From NCBI GenBank assembly GCA_020060185.1, contig JAGVAS010000167.1, positions 1-49,070 of the forward strand: DNA of 49,070 bases, read 5' to 3'. The DNA comes from Desulfovibrio sp. Its GTDB lineage: Bacteria > Bacillota > Dethiobacteria > DTU022 > UBA8154. A program made the translations under genes and the position numbers. The notes beneath the pieces were generated by a model. The model was not told the origin of the DNA. It was given only the letters and a program-made list of their open reading frames with translations, and ran no database searches. Of this stretch, positions 44,427 through 49,070 are shown piece after piece (position 1 is the stretch's first letter; each line of letters opens with the position of its first letter).

Positions 44427-45827
44427 TTACTCGTTCCTGATGGCTACGATAGGGCTGAGCTTGATGGCCCGGTTGGCCGGGTAAAGGCCGGAGGCCAGGC
44501 CGATTAGAAGGGAAAATCCTACGGCGAAGGCTGCAAGCCAGACGGGTATTACGGAAATATTCCCCGGAGAGCCTCCTCCCATCATCATGCCGCTCTGCAT
44601 ATACCCAGCGGCTATTTTATTGATAATGCCGGAAGCCAGGTAGCTGAGTACCAGGCCCAGGATCCCCCCGATAAAACCGATCAGGGAGGCCTCTGTTAAA
44701 AAGAGAGCTCTTACGTCGGTAAAGGAAGCGCCGATAACTTTGATGATGCCGATTTCCCGGGTACGCTCGTAAATGGACATGACCATGGTATTGGTAATCC
44801 CCAGGGCGGCGACAAAGAGAGTTATCCCCCCGATGCCCCCCAGGACGGCCTGAATGGTTTTGGAAGTTTTTTCGATCCCTTCCAGGGCATCGGCCATGGA
44901 ATAGGCGTTAAAGCCCCGATCGCGCAGCTCGGCGGAGACTTTTTTGGTCTGGGCCACATCCTTGGTGCGTACCAGGATAAAGTTATAATCGTCCTTGGTA
45001 TCTTCTACTCCCCTCCGGCGGCCGGGCATTACTGGTGCTACTTTGTCCATGGGCTCCATCATATCCATCGAAGGAGTGGATTCTCCGCTTTTGCCGGCCT
45101 GGAGCATAAACTCGCGTATACGCTTGACATCTTCCAGGGAGCCGTAGACCTGCCAGGCTCGATCCATGTTCTTCTCATCCAGGATGCCAACTACCATGAA
45201 GTTGTAATTCTTCTTTTTCTCCGGGTTGTACTGGTTAAAAATTGATACGGAAATCCTCTGGTTGAGAAGTTCGGCAGGGTCCTGCTGCGGGGGAGGCTGG
45301 TAATCATAGGAAAAACCGCGCTTGGAACGGGAAGCGCGCTCATCCCAGAAATTATTGATCACCTGGGAGCCGGCCACGATGGTGAAACGTTCTTCCGTGG
45401 AGGGCAGGCGCCCGGCGCTTACTGAAAACTCCAGTTCTTCCAAAGCGTTGAGATCCATACCCACAATGTTGAGCCAGCCTTTTTTACGTCCCAGGCGGGC
45501 TTCACCATTTATTTCATAGCCTGGAGAAACGGCTGTGACCCCTTGCAGGCTTTTCAGCTCGCTTACCGTTTCCTCATTGAGGCGCCGTGCCTCTCCGATG
45601 GGGTTTCCCTCGCGGTCATAGGACATGCCGGGGTAAATGCGGATAATATTGAGGCTGCCCCACTGTGCCATGTTCCTTTCCATGGTTTCCTTGAGGCCGA
45701 TGCCCAGGGAAAGCATGACCACGATGGAGGCGGTGCCGATAACCACTCCCAGGCAGGTGAGTATCGTCCGGGCTTTGCGGCGCCAGAGGTTTTTATAGGC
45801 CATGAGGATAATATCACCCTTACGCAT
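44427..45827 (-). CDS. ABC transporter permease, FtsX/MacB type
   Basis: AYKNLWRRKARTILTCLGVVIGTASIVVMLSLG, a ~230-aa extracytoplasmic domain, and a C-terminal FtsX 3-TM bundle (ITNTMVMSIYERTREIGIIKVIGA). Confidence 0.85.
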   Translation of the reverse strand: MRKGDIILMAYKNLWRRKARTILTCLGVVIGTASIVVMLSLGIGLKETMERNMAQWGSLNIIRIYPGMSYDREGNPIGEARRLNEETVSELKSLQGVTAVSPGYEINGEARLGRKKGWLNIVGMDLNALEELEFSVSAGRLPSTEERFTIVAGSQVINNFWDERASRSKRGFSYDYQPPPQQDPAELLNQRISVSIFNQYNPEKKKNYNFMVVGILDEKNMDRAWQVYGSLEDVKRIREFMLQAGKSGESTPSMDMMEPMDKVAPVMPGRRRGVEDTKDDYNFILVRTKDVAQTKKVSAELRDRGFNAYSMADALEGIEKTSKTIQAVLGGIGGITLFVAALGITNTMVMSIYERTREIGIIKVIGASFTDVRALFLTEASLIGFIGGILGLVLSYLASGIINKIAAGYMQSGMMMGGGSPGNISVIPVWLAAFAVGFSLLIGLASGLYPANRAIKLSPIVAIRNE

Positions 45828-47895
45828 CGAGAAACTCCTCGTTTTTCTTTTTAATTTTTCTTCTCCACAGGTAGATTCCTGCGGCCAGGGCTATGGCAAC
45901 CGGGGGTATAATGTAAAGCAGGATCTTTTTGCTCCTGGAAGCAGGGCCTCCCGGCGCCCCCGGTTCACGGGATTCGGGGAATTTTTCGCCCGGAAAGGGC
46001 TCCATGGCCCCCATGGGCTGGACGTTGATCTCGAAAGGTTCTTCCACCCGGACTTCCCTGTTATTGTTGTCGATATAGGAAAAGATGAGCTTTCCAGTTA
46101 GACTGCCTTCATTTTCGGGGTAAATTATGCCCTGGTAAAAGTCGCTGGCCCCGATTTGCAGGTTGCCCACGTAATAGGGAGCCTGTTCTTTGCGGAAATC
46201 TCCTTCCAGCATGACGATAAAATTGTTAAGGACCGCTTTTCCCACGTTGACAAATTCAGCGCCGACAAAAACGGGCTGCCCGATATAGGCCGTGGGGGGT
46301 ATTTCCAGAGCAAGCACCTGCAGCTTGCACTCCTGGGTTACGGGAATGTTGACCATTTCGCTGACGGAGTAGGAGGCGGCACTTTCGTCTTCATATTCGA
46401 TGGTAACGGGGACGATGTAGGTTTTAGCCGTGGCGTTGGGATCCACCAGGAAATCTATGCTTTTCTCAATCGTTGTGCGTGCGGGTATTTGCTGGATGAA
46501 GAAGCTGTTGCTGCTGTTTACCGGTGAAAAGACGGTGCCCCCGGTGCCATCTTCTACCTGAATGACTCCAAAGGAAACCTTAATATTATGAACCGGCCGG
46601 GCATGGGTGTTTTCAATAAAGAGGGAAAGGGTTACCACATTTCCTGCCAAAATTTTTTCATCGGAGAGAGTATATTTGCTGATCAGCACGCGGGGGGTGC
46701 CGGCTACGGCTGAGGTGGGGTCCAGGGCGGCAGAGGAGATTCCCAGTGTTTCGCTGTTGGTGTAGCTTTTCCCGCTGCGATCGGTATAATTTAAAAGCAC
46801 TTTCAGGGGGTAGTGGACTGCTCCCTGGGAAGGGTTGATTCCCAGGAAATACTCCCGGGTAATCCTTGTTTTCCCTTCCACCTTGCTGATGTAATCAACA
46901 TTGGAGGTATGGAGTATGTATATATTTGTGCCTCCGTCCAGGGAGAGGTTTATATCCAGGGCTGCTTCCTGTCCCAGGTTCTCGAGGGTAAGCTTGAAAA
47001 GGTGCTCTCCGCTGTTGGAGGTGCCCTGCAGGGAAAAAGAGCTGACTTTAAGGAAGGGGCTGCTTCCCGGCTCCAGGTGGCCAAGAGGAAGGTTGACCAG
47101 GAGTTCCTGGGATACCTGTGATTCGCCGGCATAGTCGTAGGTAAATTTAAGCTTGACGCTGTTGCTGCTGCGCCCTTCCAATCCCTGCAGCTTAAAAAGG
47201 ACAAAGTTACCTGCCCCCCGGGTAACAGTTTTTATGAACTTGCGGTTGGTAAAATCTGTCACCTCAAAATTGTCCTGGCCGTTTATTTCTACGGTTACGT
47301 TGCGGGCTTCCGTATCGCTGTAATTGTCCAGGTAAAAGACAGCCGTAAAGGGCTCCTGCACGGAAGGCGCTTTAGGGTCCAGGACCACGCTGTTAACTGT
47401 AATGTTGGGGCGGGTAAGTTCAAAGACCACCGGCACCGCTATACTGGCTGAGGATTGGGGGGCCGGTTCAAAGAACGCGTTTTGGCTTTCCAGGGTGATG
47501 AGCAGGTTGTAATCCTTGCTCTCGGCTTCAGCGCTGGTATTTAGGGCAAAGGTGAGGCTGCGCGTCTGCTGCCCTTCAATTTTCTCCAGGTCGGGGTTTT
47601 CCGCAGTTGCCTCCTTTACCCTGGTAAAGACCTGTTCTTTTTCACTAGGGGTGCTGATCCGGGCTGACACGTTAAAGGCGGGGTGATCGCTGTAATTTTT
47701 GATTACCAGGGTTACGTAAAAAAAGCTGCCGGCTACGGCCCTTTCTGCATTGACCTTTTCGATAACGAGCAGGGGCTGAAACTGGGATTTGTCGATCTCT
47801 TCCGTGGCTCTGGCGCCCGGCGGTAAAGCCAAAAGGATGATAATTAAGGATAAGAACATTAAGGATAAGAACATTAATACTAAAGGTTTGCGCAC
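45820..47895 (-). CDS. Large exported beta-sandwich-repeat (CARDB / COG1361-like) protein with a C-terminal TM anchor
   Basis: GTG at 47895 lies 9 nt after GAGGAG. Signal peptide is RKPLVLMFLSLMFLSLIIILLALPPGARA. There are about 5-6 repeats of roughly 100 aa with N-x-G/S-rich strands (LDNYSDTEARNVTVEING, LTLENLGQEAALDINLSL, LFIENTHARPVHNIKVSF, EFVNVGKAVLNNFIVML). C-terminal anchor is ILLYIIPPVAIALAAGIYLWRRKIKKK. It overlaps the permease gene by 8 nt. Confidence 0.65.
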   Translation of the reverse strand: MRKPLVLMFLSLMFLSLIIILLALPPGARATEEIDKSQFQPLLVIEKVNAERAVAGSFFYVTLVIKNYSDHPAFNVSARISTPSEKEQVFTRVKEATAENPDLEKIEGQQTRSLTFALNTSAEAESKDYNLLITLESQNAFFEPAPQSSASIAVPVVFELTRPNITVNSVVLDPKAPSVQEPFTAVFYLDNYSDTEARNVTVEINGQDNFEVTDFTNRKFIKTVTRGAGNFVLFKLQGLEGRSSNSVKLKFTYDYAGESQVSQELLVNLPLGHLEPGSSPFLKVSSFSLQGTSNSGEHLFKLTLENLGQEAALDINLSLDGGTNIYILHTSNVDYISKVEGKTRITREYFLGINPSQGAVHYPLKVLLNYTDRSGKSYTNSETLGISSAALDPTSAVAGTPRVLISKYTLSDEKILAGNVVTLSLFIENTHARPVHNIKVSFGVIQVEDGTGGTVFSPVNSSNSFFIQQIPARTTIEKSIDFLVDPNATAKTYIVPVTIEYEDESAASYSVSEMVNIPVTQECKLQVLALEIPPTAYIGQPVFVGAEFVNVGKAVLNNFIVMLEGDFRKEQAPYYVGNLQIGASDFYQGIIYPENEGSLTGKLIFSYIDNNNREVRVEEPFEINVQPMGAMEPFPGEKFPESREPGAPGGPASRSKKILLYIIPPVAIALAAGIYLWRRKIKKKNEEFLDA
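47846..47875 (-). repeat. Perfect 15-nt tandem duplication inside the signal-peptide coding region
   Basis: aaggataagaacatt appears twice (47846-47860 and 47861-47875), encoding the duplicated MFLSL-MFLSL. Confidence 0.8.
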
Positions 47896-47986
47896 GTTAA
47901 GAAACTCCTCTCTTTTATTTAACTGGAAATTTTTACAGGGGGGACAGACCCCTTTTGGGAGAAAAAGGAAATCCGGAGCTATTTTT

Positions 47987-48691
47987 TTACCCGCCGGCTT
48001 TGCCGTTAAAAATTTTGCCATCTACCATTTCCACAATGCGATCCCCGTAACCGGCCACCTCGGTGTCGTGGGTAACCATGAGCAGGGTCTGGCCTTTTTC
48101 ACGCACAGTGGCTGTCAGCAGCTTTAAAATTTCTTCCGTTGTTTTGGAATCCAGGTTGCCGGTAGGTTCATCGGCGAAGATGATCCTGGGGTTGTTTATT
48201 AAGGCCCTGGCGATGGAAACCCGCTGGCGCTGGCCGCCGCTGAGTTCCCCGGGTTTGTGCCTCAGGCGGTCCCCCAGGCCCATCTGTTTAAGGAGGTCTC
48301 GTCCCCTTTTTTCCCTTTCCCTGGACGGTATACCTTCAAAAACCAGGGGGAGAACGACGTTTTCCAGGGCTGTAAGGGAGGGAAGTAAATTGTAGAGCTG
48401 AAAGACGAAGCCTATATACTTGCGGCGGAAAGCGGCCATATTTTTCTCGCTGATTTTATTAAGGTTATTGCCTTCAATAACGATATTTCCCCTGGTGGGC
48501 CGTTCCAGGCCGGCAGCCAGGTTTAAGAAGGTAGTCTTACCGCTTCCGGAAGTTCCCAGGATGACGAGGATTTCTCCCGGGTAAATTTTGAGATCAATGC
48601 CGTTCAGCACGGATACCACCTGGTTGCCCAGGCGGTACTTCTTGATGATATTTTCTGCCTTGATTATAGGTTCCATAGAAAAGCCTTTCAT
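47987..48691 (-). CDS. ABC transporter ATP-binding protein (MacB/LolD-like)
   Basis: Walker A GTSGSGKTT, signature LSGGQRQRVSIARAL, Walker B IIFADEPTGNLD, H-loop VTHD. ATG at 48676 is an alternative start. Confidence 0.9.
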   Translation of the reverse strand: MKGFSMEPIIKAENIIKKYRLGNQVVSVLNGIDLKIYPGEILVILGTSGSGKTTFLNLAAGLERPTRGNIVIEGNNLNKISEKNMAAFRRKYIGFVFQLYNLLPSLTALENVVLPLVFEGIPSREREKRGRDLLKQMGLGDRLRHKPGELSGGQRQRVSIARALINNPRIIFADEPTGNLDSKTTEEILKLLTATVREKGQTLLMVTHDTEVAGYGDRIVEMVDGKIFNGKAGG

Positions 48692-49070
48692 GATTGTACT
48701 TCTTCTGCATTCTATCTCCAGCAGGAATTTACTGTCAAGAAAGTTTTTAATAATTTTTGTTGGGATAACTTAAACTCCCTATTTATTATGACGACTATTG
48801 AAGCGGTTTGGTTACTCTTTCCTGGAAAATTTTTTAATAACTTTCTTGCACGTGCTTTTCTCGTGCCGGATTCTTTAGTGTTCCGGGATAAGGATTTCGC
48901 CATGCCGGTACATAATATTAGAGGGGCGCCTCTGGCACCCCTCTTTACCGGGTCTTAAAAACATAACCTGCTATTTTTAAACTAGTTCTGAAAACGGGCA
49001 TTTTTAAAATATTACCGGAACTGCTGCTGCTGGCTTATCTGCTGAAGCTGCTGGAAAGACTGGCTGGCAA

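Noticed and set aside
48712-49070. Track ORF 48712..48903 (basic 63 aa) and a stop-free minus-strand frame at the window end (..QSFQQLQQISQQQQFR-stop at 49012-49014), followed by the hairpin gaggggcgcc/ggcacccctc (48921-48943).
   Set aside because: The first has no SD and lies in the promoter region of the ABC operon. For the second, two frames are open at the window edge and only about 18 codons are visible, so no call can be supported.

Overview
This 49-kb chromosomal segment looks like an anaerobic Firmicute of the class Clostridia, possibly Peptococcaceae/Desulfotomaculum-like. That placement is an inference from gene content: SigI/RsgI, Amj, rubrerythrin, aldehyde:ferredoxin oxidoreductase, corrinoid methyltransferases and copper-amine-oxidase-N stalk proteins. 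All family calls come from motif recognition by eye; no searches were run.

Layout:
- 1-2.8 kb: gene debris (ApbE with an internal deletion, a truncated lipoprotein, an Rpn-nuclease fragment and a capD fragment).
- 2.8-8.9 kb: a decayed exopolysaccharide locus with galU, a frameshifted galE, a priming sugar transferase, a coiled-coil protein, a phosphodiester glycosidase and a ugd fragment.
- 9-11.4 kb: sigI-rsgI and a DUF502 gene.
- 11.4-14.4 kb: SNF2 and PIN remnants followed by three tandem VapBC-type toxin-antitoxin pairs.
- 14.5-19 kb: envelope genes (beta-propeller stalk protein, UbiA-family phosphoribosyltransferase, flippase-like protein).
- 19-23.2 kb: a low-GC FIST plus PAS-GGDEF-HD-GYP operon.
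- 23.7-33.2 kb: DUF362, dat, rbr, a permease, a broken AOR, a LarA homolog, a HAD hydrolase and a B3/B4 protein.
- 33.6-41.5 kb: a low-GC island bracketed by a decayed amj copy and an intact amj copy.
- 41.7-48.7 kb: a GT-C glycosyltransferase, a VapBC pair with a fused double antitoxin, and an ABC/CARDB-like operon.

The low-GC island is my best candidate for an uncharacterised system. It carries a complete-looking corrinoid methyl-transfer module of unknown substrate: a pterin-binding methyltransferase, a GntR regulator, two corrinoid proteins, DUF1638, a URO-D-family methyltransferase, a 40-aa accessory ORF and an SSS symporter.

I saw no rRNA, tRNA, CRISPR array or intact transposase. About a dozen gene remnants and sharp GC shifts suggest a rearranged, mosaic region.
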